DNA from: Scyliorhinus canicula
Taxonomy: Eukaryota
DNA length: 58,554 bases
Assembly (NCBI RefSeq): GCF_902713615.1
Contig: NW_024055744.1
Coordinates: forward strand, 594,593 to 653,146
Direction of reading: 5' to 3'
Notes under the pieces: model-generated
What the model saw: only the letters and a program-made list of their open reading frames with translations
Databases searched by the model: none
Told to the model about the DNA's origin: nothing
Shown: in pieces, positions 22,514 through 33,357 of the stretch
Layout of the letters: each line of letters starts with the position of its first letter
Numbering within the stretch: the first letter of the stretch is position 1
Program-made: the position numbers and the translations under genes

Positions 22514-23018
22514 ATGAGGAACCATCTCGCTTCGCTCATCATCGTTATCTCACTTCTCAGTAAGTATTTCCTTCCCAGTAGCACTCCATTCTCTTCCTGA
22601 CTGCTGTAACCCAGATGTTATTGTTGGTAAAATGACAGAGATTATGTTGCTGATGGTTTTATTGTTTAATATGAGGCTGACTCTGATTGTCATTATTGCT
22701 GTTACTTCTGTTAGAATGGAGCCACCAAGACACCGTGGAACAAAAGGAATCTGAAATAACGGTTACAGAGGAAAGTGAAGTCACATTAACCTGCACATTG
22801 AAAACAAGTTCTCCTAACCCTTATGTGTACTGGTACAGTCAGCAGCCCGGGAAAGCTCCAAGCTACATGCTTCGAATCATTGGGCTGACTGTGCAAAGGA
22901 ACACCGAACTCAACGATCGGTTTTCTTCTACGTTTGATGAAAAGAACAAGACTACCGAATTAACAATCAGTAACACAATGGTCTCCGACAGCGCCGTGTA
23001 TTTCTGTGCCGTGGCGCC
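22514..23018 (+). CDS. TRAV/DV: Intact TCR alpha/delta V gene (leader 22514-22559, V exon 22715-23018)
   Basis: MRNHLASLIIVISLL-A|GTAAGT...ctgttAG|WSHQDTVEQKESEITVTEESEVTLTCTLKTSSPNPYVYWYSQQPGKAPSYML...ELTISNTMVSDSAVYFCAVAP. Same family as the V at 20.8 kb. Confidence 0.95.
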
Positions 23019-23058
23019 CACACTGCTACAGAGATATGGTGGACCCTGTACAAAAACC
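23019..23058 (+). other. RSS with 24-bp spacer
   Basis: CACACTG, 24 nt, ACAAAAACC. Confidence 0.9.
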
Positions 23059-23065
23059 CCACACT

Positions 23066-23099
23066 GGCAGTTCCACCCACTGCTCAGCAGGGGGCGCCC
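23066..23099 (+). promoter_or_regulatory. RSS-proximal bipartite CTCF element
   Basis: GGCAGTTCC, 6 nt, TGCTCAGCAGGGGGCGCCC; the 14-bp core starts 25 bp after the nonamer. Confidence 0.7.
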
Positions 23100-23224
23100 C
23101 CTCAGCGATAGTTCCTTTTCCATAGTGACAGTGATACAAATTGTAACAACACACAAAACTAAAAAGCATCAGTAGTGAGGCCCACCTGCACAGTTATACC
23201 AGTTTGCGATTGCAACTCGCATTC

Positions 23225-23420
23225 AGAACATTTTTTTTAACTTAAAGTACCCAGTTATTTTTTTCCAATTAAGGGGCAATTTAGCATGGTCAATCCACCT
23301 ACCCTGTACATCTTTGGGTTGTGGAGGCGAAACACACGCAAACATGGGGAGAATGTGCAAATTCCACACGGACAGTGACCCAGAGCCGGGATCGAACCTG
23401 GGACCTTGGCGCCATGAGGC
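23225..23420 (-). mobile_element. HE1-type SINE (short form)
   Basis: Reverse complement of the 9056-type element. Confidence 0.85.
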
Positions 23421-23639
23421 ATAACATATGTAAGACTAATGAATGGATCTTCGATGAACAACTCCTGCTTCTTGTTCATATCTTGGTGTGAAAACTCACT
23501 CTCTCAGCAAACTATCAGGTGTCACTGAACTACAACAAATACAGCAACTTCTATTCATGTCGAGCTTTTCGCACAATAAACTGTCCCGATGGGTTTTACA
23601 GGAACATATTCAGTCATATGATCAAAAGCTTAGTCAACG

Positions 23640-24330
23640 AGATTGGTTAGAAGGAGAGTCTTAAAGGAACACTGCCTGCTCATCCAGAGTGTACATAATT
23701 ATGAGAGACATGGATGGAGTAGATGGGAAGAAACTTTCCCCCGTAGTAATGGTGTCAATAACCAGTTGGCACAGATTAAAGGTAAGGAGTTGAAGATTTC
23801 GAGGGGCTTTGTGGGAGAACGTTTTCACCCAGACGGTGGTGGGAATCTGGAACTCACAGCCTTCATCTCCGATTTTAATCACTCCGCTATCGCTGGCCGT
23901 GCCTTCACCTGCCTGGCCACAAAGCTCAGGAATTTCCTCCCTAGACCTCTCCACCCTTCCACTTTGAGTCACAGAGCCAAAGAGCTTTACAGCGCAAAAT
24001 GACGCTATTTGCCCAGTGTGCATGCGCTGGCCATCAAACACCTTTCTATTCTAATCTAATATTCCAGCAGTTTGGTCCTTAGCCTTGTATTCTATGGTGT
24101 TCGAAGTGCTCATCTAAATGCTTCTTCAATGTTGTGAGTTTTTCTGCCTCGATTATCCTTTCACGCATTCAGCCCCAGATTCCCATCACCCTCTGGGTCA
24201 AAATGGTTTCCTCAAATATCCTCTAAATCCTGCATCTTAACGTTAATCTATTCCCCCTGGTTATTCACCCTTCTACTAAGTGGAAAAGTTCGTTCCTATC
24301 GACCCAATCAACGCCCCTCATCATTTTCAG
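23640..24330. mobile_element. Cluster of old LINE 3' fragments (CR1 on both strands plus an L2-like tail)
   Basis: CR1 tail words such as GTGGGAATCTGGAACTCAC and CAGCCCCAGATTCCCATCACCCTCTGGG. Confidence 0.6.
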
Positions 24331-24800
24331 ACATAAACATTAACAATAAGGAAGGCAGTGTCTAAATAGCTGCAATTTAGATTTCTGGGACTCATTTGTG
24401 GCTTGGTCTGTATTTCGGTAAACCCACAATCAACTCAACATCCGTATTGACAAAGAGCCACCGAGATTCCAAACGTTCTCTCTCCACAGATGCTGCCAGA
24501 CCTGCAAATTGTCCAGTTTTTCAGATTCAAGCAATAATTTACTTTTATTTACATTATCGATCGACAGATCGATCTTTATTCAAACCTAAACCCGGCATCG
24601 TGTGCTCCCTATGTCACGGACTGATAATGCTGGCAGTGTTGTTAGATGAGTCTCTGCTATTCTACATTTCATGTGTAAATTGCGCAGGAATTGTTTGTTC
24701 TTTTGGTTCATCGCCAATCGCTCTTGAGGGGGCAGTTATGAGTCAACCCCAGAGAATTACTCTGGGTCTCTGGATTTCTAGTTTAGTGACAATGCCACTT

Positions 24801-25001
24801 TGCCACCACCTCCCTCTGCTCTATTCTGCATTTCATTACTCGCCGGGTGCCGAGGAGTCGGTGTCCCTGGGCTCAGCTGAGTTAAGGCTTCTGGAAGAAC
24901 AGTCCGTACTTTCTGGTTATACTAACTCCACATCTGAGATCGTCCCTCTGCTGCTTGGTGGATATTCCGGGATTAAGGTTACTGTAAATATCTCAGCATG
25001 A
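24801..25001 (+). pseudogene. Heavily decayed V relic (family of the 17.6/33.4 kb genes)
   Basis: ...PGAEESVSLGSAELRLLEEQSVLSGY aligns with DAVSQNPPELTVLEGQSVTLDC and with the relic at 28056. Confidence 0.55.
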
Positions 25002-25158
25002 GAAGCCTCAACATTCTCCAAACTGCTCTATTGTTTATCGGCACAAGGGTGGAAGCACCAAAAGAACGGCCTGCTAAATACACCTGACAGCGTTTGAAAA
25101 GCGGAAATCAAATTCTTCGCGCAGAAGGGACCTTAGTAGAGCTGTAAATACTCGCTGA

Positions 25159-25197
25159 GGTTTTTGTACGGTGCTCTAGCTGCTCTCTAACGCTGTG
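25159..25197 (-). other. 23-RSS
   Basis: CACAGCG, 23 nt, ACAAAAACC. Confidence 0.92.
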
Positions 25198-25696
25198 CCT
25201 CATTGCACAGTAATAGACCGCCCCGTCCTCCACACTGAGGGCGCTTATATTGAGGGAACCATTCTGTTTAGACTTGTCAGCAACCGCCAGATATCGTCCT
25301 GAAAGCTGACCTTTCTTCAACGCTATGTTGTTAGTGATGATCCATATCGGTTGTTGTGCCGGTTTCTGCTGATACCATAGCATGAAGTACATATTCTTGT
25401 CTGTATATTCACAATTCAACTGCACGGAATCTCCTTCCGATGCGGTTATTATCACCGGTAACTGAGTTACTGAATCTGCGCACAGTCCGCCTGTGAAGGT
25501 AGAGGATTAAATATCAAGAGCTGCTGTAAATTTGCTTGTATCTGAGTGAGATTGTGAAACCTCCCAATTGCACATCATATAGATATTTTCGATCATAATT
25601 ATATTGCCATCGCTGTATATTAACATGTTAATCTGCATCGATGTTTATTATCCAGTACTTACCGTGCCACAGCGCCGCCAGTATTATCAGAAACAT
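25198..25696 (-). CDS. TRAV/DV: Intact TCR alpha/delta V gene (leader 25696-25663, V exon 25490-25198)
   Basis: MFLIILAALWH-G|GTAAGT...ttcacAG|GLCADSVTQLPVIITASEGDSVQLNCEYTDKNMYFMLWYQQKPAQQPIWII...SLNISALSVEDGAVYYCAMR. Confidence 0.95.
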
Positions 25697-26411
25697 GCCA
25701 GACTGAATCTCTCTTAGAGATTGTGGAGAGAGGGAGCCCGGGCTCTGCTCAGCTCATTGCAAGGGGGAGGGGTTTGGGAGGCGGGGGAGGGGTGGGGGTT
25801 ATTGTGACCTCACTGGTCTCCCAGCCATACATGTTTAGAGAAAACATTACGTGGTTTGTGACGCCCGTGCTTGAATTCGGCGCCTTCTGCTGGAAAATTC
25901 TGTTGAATCGAATTTTCCTGTTGAGTGGGTTCAGGGTTTGCTGCAAAACATACCAAGATTCAAATGCTACCCAGCAATATAAATTGGAGCTATTTAGATA
26001 CTGTCTTTGTTACTGTTAATGTTTATGCCAGAAAATTAAGCTAAATCTGTGGAAACCATCGCTGGAATCTTCTGTCTGAATCCTGGGTATGTCAAATGTT
26101 AAAAGGACAAGACTACCGAGCTAACAATCAGGAGCACAATGATTAAAATTAAACTGTTAGCAGATACAATAAGAGAGGGTTACTGAATTAGAGGGGGCTG
26201 GGGGAGATAGTTCAGTTTCGTTTCGTTCAGGCGAGTCCAGCGAGTGGAGGAGGATGGACTGGGGAACTGTGTGTGTGTTCGCCATGTTGGCTGGGTGGTA
26301 TTCACTGAGTTATGTTTACAGTTGTAATTGTCGTTCTAAAATCATAAATGCCTTAATAAAATGTTTTTCAAAAACAAAACGATAATTTCCGACCGCGTCG
26401 TGTATTTATGT

Positions 26412-26738
26412 GGGCAGCACGGTAGCACAGTGGTTAGCACTGTTGCTTCACAGATCTAAGGTCCCAGGTTATAATCCCGGCTTCGGTTACTGTCTGTGCG
26501 GAGTCTGCACGTTCTCCCCGTATCTGCGTGGGTTTCCTCCGGCTGCTCCGGTTTCCTCCCACAGCCCAAAGATGTGCAAGTTCGGTGCATTGGCCATGCT
26601 AAATGCCCACAAAGGTTGTGTTACGTTTCGGGAATGCGATAGAGGTGTGTGCTTGGGTAGAGTGCTCTTTCCGGGGACCGGTGCGAACTCGATGGGCCGG
26701 GTGGCCTGCTTCTACACTGTGGATTCTATGACTCTATG
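26412..26738 (+). mobile_element. HE1-type SINE
   Basis: GGGCAGCACGGTAGCACAGTGGTTAGCACTG head and a CR1-like tail. Confidence 0.9.
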
Positions 26739-27109
26739 AAATAGGGGCAGGGAGGGTCAGTTCAAACTGGTTCCTTCTCGCTGGAGGGAAGTGTCTTCTC
26801 TCTATATTGTTCTCAGTGACTCGAGCAATGAGCAGGTGCAGGTTACCCCTCGCTATTTCCGCTCCCTCACTTGCGAATGCAGCTGACGACCGCCGCACAT
26901 TTTTTTATCAGCTTTGAGTCTGCGGTGTCCCGGTCATAGTTTCCGTTTGTTGATCCCGCCCTGACAGAGTGGTGATATTCTAAACATTGTTGTCACTGGT
27001 CTATTCCTGTCATTGGTTTGATCAGCCGTGCAGTGGCACCTGAATCGGCATTTCTGCTCTGACAGGTAATTGCCTGAGGGCAACTAATTCGGGGACTGTC
27101 TCGGGAACC

Positions 27110-27400
27110 GCCACTCAGCTCTCCTCAACATCTCACCTCACAGAAAAAACCCCATTCTCCCCGCATTGTGGAACCTGATATTATTGTTAATTGAATAACA
27201 ATGATGACGGTGGGGCTGGCCGTTATGCTGGGTAATATGAGGCTGGTGTTGAATTTTATTTGATTAGTTTTGATTGTTTATGTCAGCCTGGAGCCACCAG
27301 GACCCTGCGGAACAGCGGGGAGGCTGAAATCGGGTTGAAGAGACAGTGACGTCACACGACAGTTGCCAGTCGATACAATAGATCCTGACAGATACAGTCA
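27110..27400 (+). pseudogene. Truncated V pseudogene of the 20.8/22.5 kb family
   Basis: Leader and intron relic, then TGGAGCCACCAGGACCCTGCGGAACAG (W-S-H-Q-D-...-E-Q) matching 22717 onward. Sequence is lost after FR1. Confidence 0.7.
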
Positions 27401-28055
27401 GCATCCGGGTAGCCTGCACCGTTCATGTTTCGGCTGTTTGGCGGGAATCTGCAGCAGAAAGGTATAAATTATCTTAATGTGACTAACATACAGATAAATA
27501 ACTGTATACAACCAGATATTGTTAGCGACCGAGGCACAGCACAGTTGAGCTGTGTGGCTGTAGGAACAAGAGGATCTACAGTAGTGTAAACAACTCAACG
27601 CAGCAGCAGGTGCGCGGTACTGATGATCAGACGTTTTTTTCACTTCCGCAGAGACGGCCAATCCCCTGATTGCCAGCGACACTCGGGTGAAAGGCAACGT
27701 CAGTAATATTGGCCCCCGTGACAGTGCAGCAAAAAATCTCAGGACGATACAAATACAAGGCTGTGGCGTTCCAGGGCCTTCATGACTTGTGGATGTATTC
27801 GAGCTCCGGCAGTTTTATAGCCCTCACCGTGGGGCGCACCCTTCTGAAGCACGTCCCTTATCTAAGTGACTCTCCAGCAACAGGCAAGAGATGAGTTTTC
27901 GATCGAAAAATCGATTTTATACTGAAGCCTAAAGCAGACCCCATGGTCCTGCATGATAACAATAATAGTGCTGCTCCGTCAGTCTGTTAAAGTTCTTATT
28001 CTGAATTCCATATGTGAAATACAACAGCAGAGATTGACACACTCTTTTGTTACAG

Positions 28056-28270
28056 GAACTAACGGGGTAGACTCAGCGGCCTTGGGCTCATCTGAGTTAA
28101 CTGTTCTGGAAGAACAATCTTTAACTTCCAGCTACATTATCTCCACATCTGAGAGCTGTTATTACCGTTGCTGGTAGCCCGGTATTCCAAGTTTTAATTT
28201 ACCATGTACATTGCTGCATGGAAATGAGTCGCGTATTTTCCCAAACTGCTCATCTGTTCACCCGCAGAAG
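28056..28270 (+). pseudogene. V pseudogene (family of the 17.6/33.4 kb genes)
   Basis: Acceptor tgttacAG|, then GTNGVDSAALGSSELTVLEEQSLTSSY...CW* (stop at 28175-28177). Confidence 0.75.
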
Positions 28271-28393
28271 AGCAGAGACACCAATATAACTGAATGATGA
28301 ATAGACCTGACTGTGTTCCTGAATCCAGGATCAAACAATTCCCTCAGACAGGAGCAGCAAAGCAGATTTAGTGAAGCTGTGACTACTCGCCGA

Positions 28394-28432
28394 GGTTTTT
28401 GTACGGGGCACCAGCTGTTATCTAACGCTGTG
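28394..28432 (-). other. 23-RSS
   Basis: CACAGCG, 23 nt, ACAAAAACC. Confidence 0.92.
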
Positions 28433-28938
28433 CCTCACTGCACAGTAATAGACCGCCCCGTCCTCCACACTGAGATCGCTGATATTGAGGTAACCGTTCT
28501 GTTTAGACTTGTCAGCAGCCGCTAGATATCGTCCTGAAACTGCATCATCCTTCAGATGTAATAATTTGCTAATAATCCAGATTGGTGGCTGTGCCGATTT
28601 CTTATGATACCATTGCATGTACTGCATATTCGAGTCTGTATATTCACAATCCAGCCGCACCGAAACCCCTTCTGACACGGTTTTTGTCACCGGTGATTGA
28701 GTTATTGCATCTGCACTTCGCCCGCCTGCGAAGGGAAATAAATGAAACATCGATAGGTTAAACATAATTCACCTAAATTTGTTTGTATATCTGTGAGTTT
28801 GTGGAAACTCAACTATGTGGATATTTCTGATCGTTAATTATATTCAATGTAATTGCAATCCAGAAACTGCTAATCTGGCTTGACGACCATTATCCATTAC
28901 TTACCGTCCAACAGGGCCGCCAGTATTAACAGAAACAT
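28433..28938 (-). CDS. TRAV/DV: Intact TCR alpha/delta V gene (leader 28938-28905, V exon 28725-28433)
   Basis: MFLLILAALLD-G|GTAAGT...ttcgcAG|GRSADAITQSPVTKTVSEGVSVRLDCEYTDSNMQYMQWYHKKSAQPPIWII...YLNISDLSVEDGAVYYCAVR. Paralog of the V at 25.2 kb. Confidence 0.95.
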
Positions 28939-29062
28939 GTCTGACTGAACCTCTCTGAGTGAATGGGAATGGAATGAGGCAGAGATTGAGAAGCCGAGAG
29001 GGAACCCGGGCTCTGTTCAGCTCATTGTTCCACCCACACACTGCAGGGGACCAGGCCCACTC

Positions 29063-29072
29063 TGACATCACT
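29063..29072 (-). promoter_or_regulatory. TCR V promoter decamer (CRE-like AGTGATGTCA)
   Basis: AGTGATGTCA on the minus strand ~125 bp upstream of ATG 28938; the paralogous AGTGAGGTCA is at 25805-25814. Confidence 0.55.
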
Positions 29073-31007
29073 CAGACCACGACGTCTATTGGTTTTGACG
29101 GTGCCGTCACGGAACTTCATCATCCCCATGTTTGAAGTTGGCACCTTCTGGTGCCGGAATAGTTTCATTCCTATTTGAATGCAGCCACTGAATGGATTGA
29201 GGGTGCATTGAAATACACAAAAAGACATGAATGTCTCCCAGAAATCTAAACTAGATCTGCTAGGAAACAGTTTTTACAACTGTTGATGTTTGTGTCAGAA
29301 ACGGACACTAAATCGATGAAATCTTTGCTGCCCGTTTCTTTCCAAATCCTGTGCACGACAAATGAGGAGTAGTATTAGGACGTTGGAGAAAGATGTTATA
29401 TATTTAAATATTAACAGGGACGAGGGCCGTTTATGCAAAGACCAGAGAATTCTGGGTTCATTTGCTTGTAAGAATAGAGGTAGAAGGAAGACTCAAATCG
29501 TTTTGCTGTAATTGTTCCCATTAGCAGCAGATCCAATGACAAATCATCCCGATTTGATAGAAAAATATGATAGAGAATGATGTATTTATTCATAATATTC
29601 CGATTTGTTAACATCTAGAACACAACGCGAAAATGATGAAAGAAGATTCAATAAGAACTGCCAAAAGGTGACTTTCATAATCTGAGAATGGAAAGCAATA
29701 TGGAAAATGTGGTGTGCGAAAGACGATTGGGACAGCATTTTCAAATAGGCATGTGCCGAATGTTCATTCCGTTCCCTAATTTTTGATACTTCTGGGCGAT
29801 GCATGCCAGTCCCTCACTCACATGAGCAGTGAACAGGTGCAGGATGCTCACAAGTCTCCAGAGATTCAACCGTCGCTATTTCCGCTCCTGCAATCCCGCC
29901 TGCAGATGATACCAGCCGCACAGTCTGACTAGTTTAGAATCTGCGGTGACTCGGGGCGCAGCCTCCGTTTGCTGTTCTCATTTCCATTCTGAAACGATTG
30001 TGCTGTTGGGGAAATTGCTGCACATGACCCATTCGTGGCATCGGATAGGAATTGAACAAACGAATGTGATATAAAGTAGGATTATTAGTTAGAATAATGT
30101 AGATGATAGAGCCGGTCTGATGGTAGTGAGTTCACAGACAAATAACAAAGGAATTCAGCAAAGCATGGCCAGAAAGGTGGAGGGGAGCCTCGTGCAGAGG
30201 ATGGTGAAAAGGATGCTGGGTAACAAGAGGCCCATGGTTGAGGAATCCGAAGTGAACCATTCAGGCTATATGGCCAGGTCAGGAGGTGTATAGGATGACC
30301 TATGGGAATCTTGTATGTGAAACGTGATGCCGTTTGAATATGTGCAGAGATCTCTTTGACTTGGTCCTCAGTCGGTTCTGGGAGCTTCAGGAGACTGTAT
30401 GTGTTCTGAATCTCTATAGAGCGGGTCAGCCTTGCAAGTTGATTAAAAATAAATAATACTATACCTACAGATTCCTCTCGAGTTTTATTGAGACCAGACT
30501 GTCAGCAAAATAATCAGGATTATCACAAGCACATGGAAGGAGAGCATATGGGGGATAGTGTGTGTGAGAGAGAGAGAGAAAGATTTGAAGCAAAACTCTG
30601 AGCAGAAGGTCAAGAAAGAGAAAGATACTGAAATAGGTTTAGCCTCACTGGGTAACGATTACATTTGGTTAACTGTAAATGTGAGCCTCTGCTTGGGTGT
30701 CTGTACGAAAGTGTTTGCATGTGCGTCTGGTGTGTGTGTAAGTGCATCGATGGAAGGCCAACCTCAAGCGGATTAGCACAGAAAGAGCTTTGAGTGTTCA
30801 TGCAGTAATAGGGCACCAGCATCACTGATTGGTTCATTGTTAGTCCCATTTCTGAGAGAGCAGCCAATCCTCTTCCTCGGCAGCTGTCCCTCAGATTCAC
30901 AATAAGCGAAACATGCCCAATTCTATGTTCACTCTTCAATGTCAGTCTATAACATTCAGAATATTTAAAATATTCTGATTTGTTAGCTGAAATCTAAACC
31001 ACCTGCC

Positions 31008-31452
31008 ATATTTCTCCTATGTCCTTTCCCGCTAACCATGGTCGTGTTGCCCGGTGAGTGGATTTTTGAGTCGTTTCTTCCTATGTTCCATTGTTTGCAA
31101 TTACTGTGATGTCTGACAAAGGTTGGTCTTTGTTTTAGAATTAGTGGATGGATTCAATGTCCCAGAGATGATTCAGGAAGGACAGACCGTAACACAAAAC
31201 TGCAATTACTATACATCGGATAGCTATCCCTCCCTCTTTGGTACATTCACTATACAGAAGCTCCGGGATCCTTAATGAGGAGGTATGGAAAGGGGTAGCG
31301 GGCTAGTTCTCCAAAATAACAAGAGCGGTTTTTTTTTTTGCTGATTTCGACCAGGACAATGAAACAGTCCCTTTACATCTTAGTTAAGCTTCTGTCCCTG
31401 ACTCTGCCGCGTATCTCTGTGAGCCTAGATGCATTCAGTCCGTAGAAAAACC
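31008..31452 (+). pseudogene. V pseudogene (related to the 2.7 kb V): start codon lost, frameshifts, stops, RSS heptamer deleted
   Basis: Leader (ATA)FLLCPFPLTMVVLP-G|GTGAG (31008-31053). Exon from 31139 reads IQEGQTVTQNCNYYTSDSYPSLF/WY...FADFDQDNETVPLHLS*ASVPDSAAYLC. Nonamer AGAAAAACC at 31444-31452. Confidence 0.88.
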
Positions 31453-31718
31453 GGCAAGGCACTCTCATCACCTCTCACTGAAACGGATCACGAAAGTGAA
31501 GCTCAGATTCATATCACAGATCAAACCCAATTTGTAAAATAGCTGTCAGCAGAACCCAAACTGAGTGGCGTTGCCTGAGAAGGCAACGCTGTTGAGCATA
31601 AAACTGAGTCCTACACCAGATACACTGTAGAGTCCAGAAATGTGTCCCTGGGAATGTGGATAACAGGGTGAAGGTATGAGGGAGCTTCAGCATTGCTGTT
31701 CCACCACAAGTAGGAGAG

Positions 31719-31822
31719 TGCGCATGCGTCAGTGCTTCCGTCTGAGGAAAGTCAGACTGCAGTCTCTGTGACGTCAGTCTGTACTATCTGTGACGTCAGT
31801 CTGTCGATTCTTTGTGACGTCA
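31719..31822 (+). promoter_or_regulatory. Promoter-like cluster: NRF1-like, ETS-like and three perfect CREs
   Basis: TGCGCATGCG at 31719-31728; CTTCCG at 31735-31740; TGACGTCA at 31769, 31791 and 31815. Confidence 0.55.
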
Positions 31823-32128
31823 GAGTTACCCTGTTCCATGGAGCTGATCCTAACATTAAACCCTGTTTTTTAAAAGAATAAACAAAGAAAAGGCGTAGGA
31901 AAGACTAATTAACCGATACGTTTATTTCGAGCTGCATCTACCTGTCATTTTAAAGATTCTATTTTGTTTATTTTTTCAGCCGCTTCTGGAACCGGTATCC
32001 TGACGTTTTCATTGGTTTGTTGGCAGTATTTGGTTTGAGAGGCTGACAGCGCTGCTCATATTACGGGTTAATCTGCCCGAGATTCTGTAGAACCCCCAAA
32101 CAGACAGGAGAAATGAGCTACTGTCCAA

Positions 32129-32600
32129 GGTAAACGTACGGGGGTAAGACTGCTTTCCATCACAATTCCCACAGACAGAAAGCAGTAATAGACGGCACAG
32201 TCAGGTGCCGCCCCTTGAAGCTTCAACTGGTGAATTGAGTTGAGGTCTCGAATTCTACCGAGAAATATGGTTTGGCAAAACTTTCATTTACCCACCCAGA
32301 ATTCCTGCAGTGCAACTTCGCGCGCTGTGCATCTGGTGCTCTTGTGCCAGAATAAATAATGAAGCTTATGTTGCATATACCTTTTTCAGTTTTCCCTTCT
32401 ACAACTGTCTTTAGATCTAAGGACAGCTACTGACAAACAGAGCCTCCATGACCTGGATCTAAAAGCATATTCAAACAAGGAATTATCAGACCGGCGGGTG
32501 TTTAATATTCTGATTCATACCCTATTTTGGAAATTGGAGAAAATGCGGAAGGTGTTTAGTCCACAATTACCTGTCAGAAATATTCCCACAATATCCTGAT
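32129..32600 (-). pseudogene. V pseudogene with degenerate 23-RSS
   Basis: Leader relic with donor CAG|GTAATT at 32571/32570. Exon GHGGSVCQ*LSLDLKTVVEGKTEKGICN...FSVEFETSTQFTS/LKLQGAAPDCAVYYC. RSS relic AATTGTG-23-ACGTTTACC (32167-32129). Confidence 0.8.
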
Positions 32601-33357
32601 GCTACGTCACATTCTGCTCACTATCCGCTCTGTCAAAGGAGTGTTGAGTATTTGAAGACACCGATCCTGATCCTACCATCAATAATCTGCTGTAAGGTCT
32701 TAGGATTCTATTGCCTCACTGCCATTTGCTCGCTGTGTGCGGTTGTGAAACGGATGAATAGTGAAGTGACTGCGAGTGAAGAGAAACATATCGGTCTCGG
32801 TCTCGGCTACAGTGTCCTGTCCTTTTCGGGGGCTGGTTCTGTTGGAGGAGATGGGTGAGAAGAAAAACTTTCTTTAGACACTTTAAGACAGAAACCCTGG
32901 GTTATGAAAGATGGTGGAAAATATGATAGATATAAAAAGACACTCCAAAAGGCCATGAACATCGAGGGAGATTGATGCATGGGGTGTGTTTTAACATCGA
33001 TGTTCCTAATTTGTAAATTTTAATCTTTTCATTAAAACAATCCGGACAACTAAAACACGCTGTTCGTATAGAGTTTGTGCGCGGTCGTGATCAAAAGGAT
33101 CGGTATACTAACGGGAAGACGGAGGAAAATGTCCACAATAAATCAGACAGGCACAGAAATAACATCAAAAGGAAAAAACGAGGTGACACCAGAAATCTAT
33201 TTGTGACTCTCATTTTTATTATAACTGTGAGCTGAAAGCGACTACTTTAATTCCCTAAGTGGCCCTTGCCTGGTTTTGTTGGGTGCCCCGTCTTGCTCAG
33301 AAATTATGAAAAGTCTCGTTGGCTTTCACTGTGGAGGTTGAATATTTATCGGCGAGA

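Noticed and set aside
24396-25001. 201-aa ORF as a real protein
   Set aside because: It is a composite of repeat-derived sequence and a decayed V relic with no conserved Cys/Trp.
25235-25252. CTCF-like word CACACTGAGGGCGC
   Set aside because: It has three mismatches in the 5' core and lies inside V coding sequence, where codons (LSVE) explain it.
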